Source: Gemmatales bacterium
GTDB lineage: Bacteria > Planctomycetota > Planctomycetia > Gemmatales > HRBIN36
Assembly (NCBI GenBank): GCA_041640595.1
Contig: JBEPZY010000002.1
Location: 38,532 to 102,531, forward strand
DNA: 64,000 bases
Reading direction: 5' to 3'
The notes under the pieces were generated by a model. That model saw only the letters and a program-made list of their open reading frames with translations. It made no database searches and was not told the DNA's origin. Shown piece after piece: positions 52,759 through 62,638 of this stretch; within the stretch, counting starts at the first letter, position 1; every line of letters begins with the position of its first letter. The position numbers and the translations under genes were made by a program.

Positions 52759-53235
52759 TTAGCGGCGATGGCGAGCGGCAAATTCTCGAACGGCGTCCTC
52801 CTGTTCGGGAGTCTCGATAGAACCGGGACGCAGTTGACGAACGCGGCGAATGGCTTGTTCTGCACTGCAGCCGCGGAGAACGAAATAGCAGGCCAGGACA
52901 ACACCGGTTCGGCCCATCCCTGCTTCGCAATGCACGGCCACACCCATACCGCTTTTCCGTGCCCGCTCGATTGCCGACACGCACCGGTCTAAATCCTCCT
53001 GCGACGGTGGCTGCATGTCCTCAAGGGGAACATGGTAAAGCAACAGACCGGCATCCTCGACATCGCGGCGAGGCGGTGGTTCTTCGGTGAGGGAAATCAG
53101 CACCTCGATGCCATGCTGCCGAAGCCAGCGCAAGTCCTCCACGCCTGCTGGTCGAGCTAACGCCGCCAGATAAGGTTCTTCAATCCAGGAAAAACCCAGC
53201 GGTGCCTCGTCCACACTCTGGAAAATGGCCGGCAT
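52759..53235 (-). CDS. Dual-specificity protein phosphatase (CX5R)
   Basis: GFSWI, LISLTE, VPLEDMQPP, VHCEAGMGRTG, RQLRPGSIET.EQ; start uncertain. Confidence 0.92.
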   Translation of the reverse strand: MPAIFQSVDEAPLGFSWIEEPYLAALARPAGVEDLRWLRQHGIEVLISLTEEPPPRRDVEDAGLLLYHVPLEDMQPPSQEDLDRCVSAIERARKSGMGVAVHCEAGMGRTGVVLACYFVLRGCSAEQAIRRVRQLRPGSIETPEQEDAVREFAARHRR

Positions 53236-53360
53236 AAATTGACCGTGGTACACGCAGTTGTCGGCAGCCATCCTCGCGGTACGCTGCCGGGGCAGTGGTC
53301 GGCTTCGAGAGCGATTGAAGAACCAGCTCGGTCAGGCCGACCACAGGCGTTTGTGGCATT

Positions 53361-54788
53361 TTACGCCCGTCGCCGCCTTTGCCAGAGCTGGCGAAAGCTT
53401 TGCCGTGCTGGTGCGGGGAAATCTCGAGTTTTTGTCCATGCCGAAGCCGGTCCCGGCAAGGCCGAGCACCAGTCCCCGGCGGAGCCAAACCACCATTGCG
53501 CCAGCCGCACGGCCCAGCGATAGCGGCGAGGCGATTCCAGTACCCAGCGCCACAGGCGGTACGCCCAGCGCTCGCCGATTCCCCCCTGGCTTTCCGCCAG
53601 GTCGCGACGCAAGGCGATCAACAAGTGCGGCAGGTTGATCTTCACCGGACAGGCCGCCAGGCACGCTCCGCACAGCGAGGAGGCATGCGGTAACGGAGCG
53701 TAACCTTCCTTGCCGCTATAAAGCGGTGTGAGCACCGCCCCGATCGGGCCGGAATAAACTCCGCCGTAAGCATGTCCGCCAACCCGCCGATAAACCGGGC
53801 AGGCATTCAGACACGCACCGCAACGGATGCACTGTAAACTTTCGCGATAAGGCCCGCCCAGAATCCGGCTGCGACCGTTGTCGAGGAGGATGAGATGCAG
53901 TTCGTCCGGCCCATCCAGTTCGCCAGCTCGTCGCGGTCCGGTCACAAGCGTGGTGTACACCGAGAGGGGATGCCCCGTCGCTGCCCGTGCCAGCAACTTC
54001 AGAAACACCGGCAAATGTTCCCAGCGGGGAATGACCTTTTCGATGCCCATGATGGCAATGTGAATGCGCGGCCAGGTGGTGGTCATGCGACCGTTACCTT
54101 CGTTGGTGACCAGCACCAGTGTGCCGGTCTCGGCAACCGCGAAATTGACGCCGGTAATGCCCGCTTCCGCTTCGTAGAAGCGTCTCCGCAATACCTGCCG
54201 GCCAGTCTGGGCGATCGCCGGAGCCTCGTCCGGCACCGGCTGGCCGAGGTGTCGGGACAGAATGGCAGCAATATGTTCCCGGGTGTAATGGATCGCCGGC
54301 GCCACGATGTGCGAGGGACGTTCACCGCTTAGCTGGATGATAAATTCGCCGAAATCCGTTTCGGTCACCTCGATTCCCGCCGCCAGGAGTGCCGCGTTGA
54401 GGTGGATTTCCTCGGTGGTCATGGATTTGGCTTTGACCACGGACTTGACCTGGTGGCGCTGGAGAATTTGCAACACGGTTTGCCGCGCCTGCTCCGCATC
54501 CTCCGCCCAGTGCACCTGCCCTCCGGCCCGCTGTACCGCCGATTCCAGTTCTGCGAGGTACCGATCGAGGTGAGCCAGGGTGTGGGCTTTGATTTGTTTG
54601 GCATAAGTGCGCAAACGATCACTATCGGGCAATTCTGCAAAACCGCGGCGATTGCCCTGCTGCAGGGTCTGGGTCAGGCGTGCCAGAGCTTGCTGCAAAC
54701 GCGGGTCGTGCAAGGCCAGCCGACTGGCCGCCCGGAAAGCCTGATGCTCTTCTCGACGGTAATCGTGGACCATCACCCGTTTTGGCAC
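53361..54788 (-). CDS. lutB: Lactate utilisation Fe-S protein LutB/LldF
   Basis: KAKSMTTEEI, ETDFGEFIIQL, PSHIVAPAIH, NEGNGR, CIRCGACLNACPVY, SSLCGACLAACPVKI. Confidence 0.93.
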   Translation of the reverse strand: MPKRVMVHDYRREEHQAFRAASRLALHDPRLQQALARLTQTLQQGNRRGFAELPDSDRLRTYAKQIKAHTLAHLDRYLAELESAVQRAGGQVHWAEDAEQARQTVLQILQRHQVKSVVKAKSMTTEEIHLNAALLAAGIEVTETDFGEFIIQLSGERPSHIVAPAIHYTREHIAAILSRHLGQPVPDEAPAIAQTGRQVLRRRFYEAEAGITGVNFAVAETGTLVLVTNEGNGRMTTTWPRIHIAIMGIEKVIPRWEHLPVFLKLLARAATGHPLSVYTTLVTGPRRAGELDGPDELHLILLDNGRSRILGGPYRESLQCIRCGACLNACPVYRRVGGHAYGGVYSGPIGAVLTPLYSGKEGYAPLPHASSLCGACLAACPVKINLPHLLIALRRDLAESQGGIGERWAYRLWRWVLESPRRYRWAVRLAQWWFGSAGDWCSALPGPASAWTKTRDFPAPARQSFRQLWQRRRRA

Positions 54789-55495
54789 GCCAGAACCTCC
54801 GCCAGATGCATCGGCCGGACGCCAATCTTATGCCGACGCAGATACCCGCCGATGTTCATCAGACACCCGGCATCGGTGGAGATGACATAATCGGCACCGC
54901 TGGCCTGGATACAGCGGCATTTATCCCGCACCATGGCGGTGCTGATTTCCGGAAATCGCACGCTGAACGATCCGCCAAAACCGCAGCATTCGTCCTGCCG
55001 TTCCAGGGGCAACAATTCCAGCCCACGCACCTGGCGGAGCAGCCGCAGGGGATAATCGCTGATGCCCAGTGGGCGTAAATGACAGGCAGGATGGTAAACT
55101 GCTTTTCCCTTCAGGGTCGCCCCGACGTCTTCGCGTCTCAGCACTTCGATCAAAAACGCGGAGAGTTCCCAGGTCTTTTCGGCCAGCGCTTTCGCTCGCC
55201 GGAACCAGTCTGCATCGTCCCGAAACAATTCCGGATATTCCAGCCGCACCATGGCCGCACACGAACCGGAAGGCGTCACCACGTATTGCGCCTGCGAAAA
55301 AACCTGCACCGTGTGCCGTGCCAGTGCTCGGGCATCCTGCCAGTAGCCGCTATTGAAATGCGGCTGGCCACAGCAGGTTTGCCCGTTCGGAAACTCCACC
55401 TCCACTCCCAGACGCTCCAGCAATCGAACCGTGGCCCAACCGACCCGCGGAAAAAACACATCCCCCAGACACGTGACCAGCAAAGCGACGCGCAT
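54773..55495 (-). CDS. lutA: Lactate utilisation CCG-domain protein LutA/LldE
   Basis: MRVALLVTCLGD, QTCCGQP..NSG, PSGSCAAM, YHPACH, ECCGFGGSFSV, DAGCLMNIGG. Confidence 0.92.
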   Translation of the reverse strand: MRVALLVTCLGDVFFPRVGWATVRLLERLGVEVEFPNGQTCCGQPHFNSGYWQDARALARHTVQVFSQAQYVVTPSGSCAAMVRLEYPELFRDDADWFRRAKALAEKTWELSAFLIEVLRREDVGATLKGKAVYHPACHLRPLGISDYPLRLLRQVRGLELLPLERQDECCGFGGSFSVRFPEISTAMVRDKCRCIQASGADYVISTDAGCLMNIGGYLRRHKIGVRPMHLAEVLACQNG

Positions 55496-55496
55496 G

Positions 55497-56234
55497 TTAT
55501 AGAAGCCTGCGTGCCTGGCGTTCCAGCTCCTCCCGTACAAAACGCAGGGCCGGTTCCGCCATGCGGTAAAAGTAATCCCAGGAATGGCCGCCCGCGCTGG
55601 TGAGCAGGTCGCAGGTATGCTCGATCCCCAGGGCCGTCAGCTTTTCTCGCAGCCTCTCGTTGCCGCGGTACCAGAAGTCCGCCGGATCACAGCAAAAGTA
55701 AATGGCCCGCGGCCAAGATTCCAGTTGGATTTGCAACACCGCACTCGCCAGCCGACAGTGTTCCCGACTGGAATACATCACATCCAGTTCCGAACCCTGG
55801 CCCCAGGCCTCGTAAAAGTCAATGGTCGGGCTAATCGCAGCCACTACCGGAAACGTTTGCGGATAACGAAACGCCAGACGCAACGCCCCATGGCCACCCA
55901 GACTCACCCCGAACAGCCCAATACGTCCGGGCTTCAGTTGCCATTGCTCCTGCAACCACGGCAGCACTTCCTGCATCAGGTACTCCTCGGCAGAACGCTC
56001 AGCGTCAAAACTCGGAGCAATCCGATCCAGCCACCAGCCTTCTCCACCTAACGGCGCCACACACGCCAAACCTAACCGTTCCAGCCAGTAGGTGAAATAT
56101 GGTTCGTCGCGCAGTAAAACCCGATCGCGACCATGCAAATAAATCACGCACCAGACCGGTCGCCTGTCCTCCACCGGACAGAACCAGTCCAGTTCATGCC
56201 CTGCTACCTGGTAGCGCTGCCAATCTGCTGGCAT
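55497..56234 (-). CDS. Alpha/beta-hydrolase (putative esterase)
   Basis: IYLHG; nucleophile elbow GVSLGG; GGHSWDY. Confidence 0.85.
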   Translation of the reverse strand: MPADWQRYQVAGHELDWFCPVEDRRPVWCVIYLHGRDRVLLRDEPYFTYWLERLGLACVAPLGGEGWWLDRIAPSFDAERSAEEYLMQEVLPWLQEQWQLKPGRIGLFGVSLGGHGALRLAFRYPQTFPVVAAISPTIDFYEAWGQGSELDVMYSSREHCRLASAVLQIQLESWPRAIYFCCDPADFWYRGNERLREKLTALGIEHTCDLLTSAGGHSWDYFYRMAEPALRFVREELERQARRLL

Positions 56235-56446
56235 CGTCGCCCTTGTTCACTCTCGCCTTTGCTACCCCTCCGATAGCTCGATCGCTTCGTGCCTGGCGTC
56301 TCGCTGGCACCGCCGCTGGCATTGTATGGAAAATCTGTCACGTTTTTGATTCTCGCCGCGTTTTAAAGGCAAGCGGTTCCCGGATCGCCCAGCCAGTCGG
56401 CAGGGTAATGACTGGCACCGGAGCCGTCCTATCCAGGAGACAAGCG

Positions 56447-57373
56447 ATGATGAGTGTCGCCATCCACCCGCCCGTCACTTTCCACGGTCTCAGCGTCTAT
56501 TTCCTCGAAACACCAGCCTCGGCGAATTTGACCGATTGCGAGTTTACCACTTTGCTCGACGCTCTCGAAACCGGTCTGGTCATTATCCAGGAGCATCGCC
56601 AGCCGACCATCCGCCAACTGCGGGTGGAAAATCGCAGCGACAAACTGGTATTCGTCCTGCCCGGCATGGTGGTATTCGGAGGATACCAGGATCGCGTGAT
56701 TGCCACGGCCGCGGTTCTCGAACCCGGAGAGCAAACACTCGACCTGCCGGCATTCTGCGTCGAACCGCAACGCTGGCACCCCATTCGTGGGCGGGAATTT
56801 TACGTGACTCAGGCCAAAGAAATGCACTACGCTCCCCGCAAAGTTCGCACTGCTGCCCTGCTTCAGGAAGACCAGTTAGCTGTCTGGGAAGCCACAGATT
56901 CCTTCCGCAAACAGGCCCGCACCTCCGTACAGGCACCGCTTTATTCCAGTAGCCTGCGCGATGTTATCGAGTGCCAGGACCTGGTAAAGACCACTGCCAA
57001 CTTCAGCCGGCAATGCGATGACGCCCTGGCCTCTTATCCCAACGCAAATGGTCTGGCTTTCGTTCTTGGTAATTCAGTGGCCGAGATAGACCTGTTCGGC
57101 ACGCCCCAGCTTCTTGGTGTTTGTGCCCCTATCTTGATTCAAAGTTATGCCCGAGACGCTATTATCACCCGGCCAACTGAAAAGCAACCCAGCACCCAGG
57201 TCGAGAATCAGATTTACCAGCTGACACTTGCCGAGTTAGCCACTAAACATCACGAAGCCCGCCCCGCGAAACATAACCGGCTCTATCTTGGTTCGCACAA
57301 CGACACTTATGATGTTCTGCTGCTAACTTATCGTGACCAGCCCGTGTATAAGCAAATCCTTTCTCGCCTCTGA
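56447..57373 (+). CDS. ARPP-1 (DUF6569)-like domain protein
   Basis: AGGAG RBS; LDALE.G...L.VEN.S..VFV..G.V..GGYQDRV...FCVEPQRW...Q..VW pattern. Confidence 0.72.
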   Translation: MMSVAIHPPVTFHGLSVYFLETPASANLTDCEFTTLLDALETGLVIIQEHRQPTIRQLRVENRSDKLVFVLPGMVVFGGYQDRVIATAAVLEPGEQTLDLPAFCVEPQRWHPIRGREFYVTQAKEMHYAPRKVRTAALLQEDQLAVWEATDSFRKQARTSVQAPLYSSSLRDVIECQDLVKTTANFSRQCDDALASYPNANGLAFVLGNSVAEIDLFGTPQLLGVCAPILIQSYARDAIITRPTEKQPSTQVENQIYQLTLAELATKHHEARPAKHNRLYLGSHNDTYDVLLLTYRDQPVYKQILSRL

Positions 57374-57389
57374 ATTGCCCGATAAGCCA

Positions 57390-58373
57390 TCAGCCTGCTT
57401 TATTCGGCTTGCGTACATGGCCCAGGCATATTTCCATGGCGGGAATAAAGTATAAGATGGCCCCATGATGACTGCAATCGAACAAAATAAGTTTTGCGTT
57501 AGCGGCTCTGGCGAGATTCTCCGCTGCCTGAGCAGGAACAATCTCATCGCGCTTGCCCGCCAGCATGATCACGTCGCGATCCCGCAACCTCGCCGCATAA
57601 GTGAGTGGATCAAGCGGTGCGATAAGCTCCTGTAACCGCTCTTTCGTACCGCCGAGCGCCTCCCAGAGCTTTCTATAGGGGGCGATACGAGGATGATGAT
57701 AGTAGGCCTCCACCAGTCCTCCCCCGCCTAGCATCAACATCACCCGCCGAAAAGCCGGCTCCATTTCCGCAGATAAAGCCGCTACAAAACTGCCAAAACT
57801 GGTACCCAGAATCGCCAGCCGCTCATTATCTATCTCAGGCCGACTAAGCAAGATCGCTGCAGCACGCCGGACATCACTGACTGCTTGCGCCATGGCAGAG
57901 CGCGTGTGGTCGAGATTGAGCGAAAGAAAGCGAACGTTTCCTGGCCGACGCGGGCCATAATACGGAAGATAGAGCGTCATCGCAGCCACACCCCGCATGG
58001 CTAAATACAACGCCTGCGCTCGCGCCACCCGCTGCGTGCCATCTAATATGTCGAGCACAATTACCCCGGGCACGCGCTGACCGTTCGCCCGACGCGGCAG
58101 ATAATAGTGACCATATACCACATTATTCACCTCATACGGCGACGGACGGGCACTGGGAAACCTGATCTCATAAATAAACAGGTCTAAGTTCTCCACCTCC
58201 TGCACCAGGCGCATGCGATAACGAAACGGCTCCGCCGACATTCGATACAACTCTGGCTTAGTGGCTTCCGCCTGTTCATCTATGCGAGGCCGAACCTCAT
58301 GTTCTACACTGGCAGCCTCGTGGAGTCCGCACAGGAATGTCAGCACCACGCTGAGAATGCCGGCCGGGATCAT
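57390..58373 (-). CDS. Secreted alpha/beta-hydrolase family protein
   Basis: Signal peptide; LPYYGPRRP; GTSFGS elbow; DPL..A; DEIVP; H near C-terminus. Confidence 0.82.
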   Translation of the reverse strand: MIPAGILSVVLTFLCGLHEAASVEHEVRPRIDEQAEATKPELYRMSAEPFRYRMRLVQEVENLDLFIYEIRFPSARPSPYEVNNVVYGHYYLPRRANGQRVPGVIVLDILDGTQRVARAQALYLAMRGVAAMTLYLPYYGPRRPGNVRFLSLNLDHTRSAMAQAVSDVRRAAAILLSRPEIDNERLAILGTSFGSFVAALSAEMEPAFRRVMLMLGGGGLVEAYYHHPRIAPYRKLWEALGGTKERLQELIAPLDPLTYAARLRDRDVIMLAGKRDEIVPAQAAENLARAANAKLILFDCSHHGAILYFIPAMEICLGHVRKPNKAG

Positions 58374-58387
58374 AGGGAATACCTCAT

Positions 58388-60583
58388 TCAGTTTTCAAAG
58401 CGAGTGCCTCGTTCACTGAGAGCCAGAGCACTGCGGGCCACTTGTCGCACTGTTCGTTCCTTAACTTCGCGTTGCAGGCGTTCGATGACGGCAGCCAGAG
58501 GCATAAGTCCTAAGTCTCCTTCGAGCCGGTCGCGCAGGGCCACACCGCCGCTCTGTTGCTCTCGCTCACCCACGATAAGCATATAAGGAATTTTTTCTAA
58601 TTGAGCGTCGCGGATTTTGGCGCCAATTTTTTCCGGCCGCAGATCACAGGTAACGCGAAACCCGTGATCCCGTAATTGGGCTTCGATCTGCAAAGCGTAT
58701 TCCTGAAACCGATCACTCACCGGCAGGACGCGGGCTTGCTCCGGCGCCAGCCAGAGCGGAAAGGCTCCGGCAAAATGCTCTATCAAGATGCCGCAAAATC
58801 TCTCAAAGGAGCCAAAAGGAGCCCGATGAATCATAATGGGCCGATGCCGCTGATTATCAGCTCCGACATATTCGAGCTCGAACCGCTCCGGCAAGTTATA
58901 ATCGAGTTGCACCGTGCCCAGTTGCCACTCTCGACCTAAACAATCGCGCACCACGAAATCAATCTTCGGCCCGTAAAACGCCGCTTCGCCTTTTTCAGCA
59001 TGATAGGGCATCTGCAATTGGCGGACTATGTCTAATAAAGTTTGCTCTGCCCGATTCCAGTTCTCATCCTTGCCGACATATTTATTGCTGCCGGGATCAC
59101 GCAAACCCACACGCACGCGGTAATCGTTCAAGCCAACGCTCCGCAGGACGAACAGGACGAGCTCCAGGTTGGAAACCATTTCGGCCTCGACCTGTTCCGG
59201 CGTAACAAATAAATGGGCATCATCCTGCGTGAAACCGCGGACGCGAGTCATGCCCGAAAGTTCACCGGTCTGCTCATAGCGATAGACCGTGCCAAACTCC
59301 GCTAAGCGTACCGGTAAATCGCGGTAGCTGCGCAACTCCGCTTTGTAAATCTGAATATGATGCGGGCAATTCATTGGCTTAACTAAATACGCCTCCTGCT
59401 CCGCTAACCATTCCTGCAAAGCGCGCAACTTCTCAGTATCACTTCCTGCCCGCTCATAGTCGCCGATATTTAGACCGAAACTTTTTGCCAGAGCGAGAAA
59501 GGCAGCCTCCTGATCGGGTCTAAGCTTACCAGCAGCGAGTAGTTCTGCCCAGGTGTCCACTGTCTGGCCCAGCGGGTGCACATAAAGGGGAGGATACTGA
59601 GCATCGCGATAATAAGGAAAATGCCCGCTGGTACGATATAATTCCAGCCGTCCAAGATGCGGCGTATAGACCGGCTGATAGCCTCGCTTGACTAATTCCT
59701 CGCGGATAAAACTTTCAAGAATATGGCGAATCGTGGCACCGCGAGGCATCCATAGCACTAAACCGCTGCCCACCATCGGTGAGAGCGTGAATAAGCGCAA
59801 CTGCTTACCGAGAACTCGGTGGTCCCGTTTTTTCGCCTCCTCGAGTTGCTGTAGAAAAGCATCCAGGTCCTGTTGCCGGAAGAAAGCCGTGCCATAGAGC
59901 CTTTGTAATTGCGGACGGTTAGCATCATTTTTCCAGTAGGCCCCAGCGATACTAAGTAACTTGAAGGCGCGGATATAACCAGCATGCGGCACATGGGGGC
60001 CGCGACATAGATCGAGAAACTCACCCAGGCGGTAGAAACTTAGTCGGGGATACTGGTGAAGTTGCTCATCTATATGCTCGACTTTATAGGTCTGCTGCAG
60101 GTCTGCACAAAGTGCACGGGCTTCCGCTGTGGATAGTTCTAAGCGTTCGAAAGGCTCGGCTCGTTCCGCGAGCCGACGCATTTCCGCTTCGATGCGTGGA
60201 AAATCCTCTTCCCGAATCGGCGGCTGGACATCAATGTCGTAATAAAACCCGCTTTCTGTTGCCGGTCCGAATGCCAGTTTCGCTCCGGGAAACAGACGCA
60301 GCACCGCCCGCGCCATCAGATGCGCTGCACTGTGGCGCAATACGTCCAGGGCTTCCCGATCCGCCGATGTCAGTAAGCGCAGGCTCGCCGTCTTCTGCTC
60401 CAGGCCGAGTTCGCGCAGCAATTCCTGAGTAATCGGTCGGCTCAGATCGAGAATTTGGCCATCCAGAGCCGCAGCCACGTACTCTTTCTTATCCCGCCCT
60501 TTTAGCTCAGCGGCGATCTCCAGTGGCCGAATTCCTTCGGGGTATCCACGCACAGTTCCGTCGGGCAATTGCAAGCGAATCAT
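58388..60583 (-). CDS. thrS: Threonine--tRNA ligase
   Basis: TGS domain; RHSAAHLMA; GFYYD; DLCRGPH; RDHRVLG; KPMNCPHH; RVRGFTQDDAH; FYGPKID; HRAPFGSFERF; KIRDAQLEKIPY. Confidence 0.98.
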   Translation of the reverse strand: MIRLQLPDGTVRGYPEGIRPLEIAAELKGRDKKEYVAAALDGQILDLSRPITQELLRELGLEQKTASLRLLTSADREALDVLRHSAAHLMARAVLRLFPGAKLAFGPATESGFYYDIDVQPPIREEDFPRIEAEMRRLAERAEPFERLELSTAEARALCADLQQTYKVEHIDEQLHQYPRLSFYRLGEFLDLCRGPHVPHAGYIRAFKLLSIAGAYWKNDANRPQLQRLYGTAFFRQQDLDAFLQQLEEAKKRDHRVLGKQLRLFTLSPMVGSGLVLWMPRGATIRHILESFIREELVKRGYQPVYTPHLGRLELYRTSGHFPYYRDAQYPPLYVHPLGQTVDTWAELLAAGKLRPDQEAAFLALAKSFGLNIGDYERAGSDTEKLRALQEWLAEQEAYLVKPMNCPHHIQIYKAELRSYRDLPVRLAEFGTVYRYEQTGELSGMTRVRGFTQDDAHLFVTPEQVEAEMVSNLELVLFVLRSVGLNDYRVRVGLRDPGSNKYVGKDENWNRAEQTLLDIVRQLQMPYHAEKGEAAFYGPKIDFVVRDCLGREWQLGTVQLDYNLPERFELEYVGADNQRHRPIMIHRAPFGSFERFCGILIEHFAGAFPLWLAPEQARVLPVSDRFQEYALQIEAQLRDHGFRVTCDLRPEKIGAKIRDAQLEKIPYMLIVGEREQQSGGVALRDRLEGDLGLMPLAAVIERLQREVKERTVRQVARSALALSERGTRFEN

Positions 60584-60758
60584 GTATCACCTCTTTCGTA
60601 TTTTTGTTTTTCAGGCCTTCGCGCAGTAAGTGTACATTATCCGGCCACTCCTGTCAGCTGCTAAAATCCCCCAGGTTCGGTGGTGGACGGTTACGCTGGC
60701 CGTGGTTAGTACGCGCAGGCCAGCACACCTGCCAATCGTCCAGATTCGCTGGGAATAC

Positions 60759-60813
60759 TTGACGCATCGAGGCCATGAAATAAAATGGACGTATCAAACA
60801 AATGTTTGAAACG
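60759..60813 (+). promoter_or_regulatory. Sigma70-like promoter and palindromic operator of the TetR-ABC operon
   Basis: TTGACG (60759-60764)-16 nt-TAAAAT (60781-60786), followed by CGTATCAAACA-AA-TGTTTGAAACG (60790-60813). Confidence 0.7.
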
Positions 60814-60836
60814 AACGATCCAAACAGGCGCTGGCC

Positions 60837-61505
60837 ATGCACGAGAAGGTGTCAGAACACATTTTGCAGGTTGCCGGTCAGCTTTTTGCTGAGCGGGGTT
60901 ATCGCGCGGTGACGGTACGGGAGATTTGCCGACGGGCCGGCGTCAACATCAGTGCGGTAAATTACTATTTCGGCAGCAAGGAAACGCTGTATCTGGAAAC
61001 CGTTCGCTTTGCCGCCCGGCAGTGCACGAGAAATGTTCCAATCGTTACCTGGACCGAAACTGACCCCCCGGCAAGCCGGTTGCGACAATTCATTCACGGC
61101 ATGTTACATCGGGTGGTGCGCGATGAGGAGCCAAGCTGGCCGGCGCAATTGCTCATGGTGGAAATCGTCCGGCCAACACGCGCCTGTCAGCGTTTTGTCC
61201 GCGAATTTGTCCGTCCTAATTTCCAGGCTCTGCTGGATATTTTGCAACAATTCCTGCCCAGGCCATGCCCGGAAAAAACCCTCTACCGCCTGGCTTTCAG
61301 TATCGTCGGCCAATGTCTCTATTACCGAATGTGTCGGTCGGTGATGTCGTTGCTGGCAGGTCCTCAAGCACCTGCCTTATTAGACCTGGAGAGTCTTACC
61401 GAACATATTACCAATTTTAGTCTGGCCGGGATTCAGGGTATTGCTCGGCCGCTCCGTCGCCGTCGTCGCTATGCTCCTGCGACCACACGAGGAGAACTGT
61501 CATGA
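60837..61505 (+). CDS. TetR-family regulator (CecR/DUF1956-like C-terminus)
   Basis: LFAERGY..VTVREICRRAGVNISAVNYYFGSKETLY HTH; FSIVGQCLYY; HITNFSLAGI. Confidence 0.92.
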   Translation: MHEKVSEHILQVAGQLFAERGYRAVTVREICRRAGVNISAVNYYFGSKETLYLETVRFAARQCTRNVPIVTWTETDPPASRLRQFIHGMLHRVVRDEEPSWPAQLLMVEIVRPTRACQRFVREFVRPNFQALLDILQQFLPRPCPEKTLYRLAFSIVGQCLYYRMCRSVMSLLAGPQAPALLDLESLTEHITNFSLAGIQGIARPLRRRRRYAPATTRGELS

Positions 61506-62638
61506 TCTGGATTGCGTTCCAGATGCTGACCGGCGATAGAGCTAAGTATTTTGGCATACTGGTCGGCATTTCCTTCGCTACTCTGCTCATTGCTCAGCAA
61601 AGCTCGATTTTCTGTGGCCTGCTGCTCACTGCCAGCAGCCAGATTTATGACGCCAAGGATGCTCCCATCTGGGTTATGGACCCCGGTATGCAGTTCGTGG
61701 ATGATATCAAGCCCCTGTCTGAGAATGAACTTCTGCGCGTTCGCGGAGTTAGCGGTGTGGCCTGGGCTGCCCGATTTTATAAGGGACTCGGTCGGGCTCG
61801 TTTCAGTGACGGCAAATTCCAGCAGATGATGATTCTCGGACTCGATGACGCTTATATGGTGGGTGCCCCGCGGGAAATCGTCGTTGGCAGTCTGGATGAT
61901 TTGCGCCAGCCCGATGCGGTTATCATGGACGAACGCGGTTATCGTTATCTCTGGCCCGGAGAACCTTATATATTGGGACGAACCTTCGAGATGAACGATC
62001 GGCGGGCAGTGCTGGTAGGTATCTGTAAAGCCTCGCGCACATTCCAGACCTTCCCGATCATCTATACGCGATTCAGTCAGGCTCTTCGTTTTGCTCCTCA
62101 AGAACGCAAGGCTCTTTCGTTTATTTTAGCAGCACCGAAACCAGGCTTAGATGCTAAGGAGCTCTGCGAACGAATTACTAAGCAAACACGCCTCAAAGCT
62201 CTTACCCGAGAAGAATTTGCCTGGGTGACCATCTGGTACTATCTTCGGCGAACCGGCATTCCTATCAATTTCGGGACGACTGTGCTTCTGGGGTTTTTCG
62301 TGGGCACTGCTATAGCAGGACAAACGTTCTACCTCTTCACAATCGAGAACCTGCGGCAGTTCGGGGCGTTGAAAGCTATGGGTCTAACCAATCTGCGTCT
62401 TATCGGGATGGTTCTGTTCCAGGGACTTTTTGTCGGCACGGTTGGCTACGGGTTAGGCATCGGTCTGGCGGTGGGATTTGGCTTACTCGCCGACCGTTCC
62501 GATCGGCTCTCGTTTTTTATGCCCTGGCAGGTATTAGTGGGGACTGCGGTTGCGGTATTACTGATCGTGGTGCTTTCGAGTATTTTCAGCCTGCGCAAAG
62601 TGCTCGTATTAGAACCCGCGCAGGTTTTCCGTGCTTAG
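61502..62638 (+). CDS. ABC transporter permease (MacB/FtsX, DevC-like)
   Basis: N-terminal TM, periplasmic domain, three C-terminal TMs; ENLRQFGALKAMG; EPAQVFR. Confidence 0.9.
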   Translation: MIWIAFQMLTGDRAKYFGILVGISFATLLIAQQSSIFCGLLLTASSQIYDAKDAPIWVMDPGMQFVDDIKPLSENELLRVRGVSGVAWAARFYKGLGRARFSDGKFQQMMILGLDDAYMVGAPREIVVGSLDDLRQPDAVIMDERGYRYLWPGEPYILGRTFEMNDRRAVLVGICKASRTFQTFPIIYTRFSQALRFAPQERKALSFILAAPKPGLDAKELCERITKQTRLKALTREEFAWVTIWYYLRRTGIPINFGTTVLLGFFVGTAIAGQTFYLFTIENLRQFGALKAMGLTNLRLIGMVLFQGLFVGTVGYGLGIGLAVGFGLLADRSDRLSFFMPWQVLVGTAVAVLLIVVLSSIFSLRKVLVLEPAQVFRA

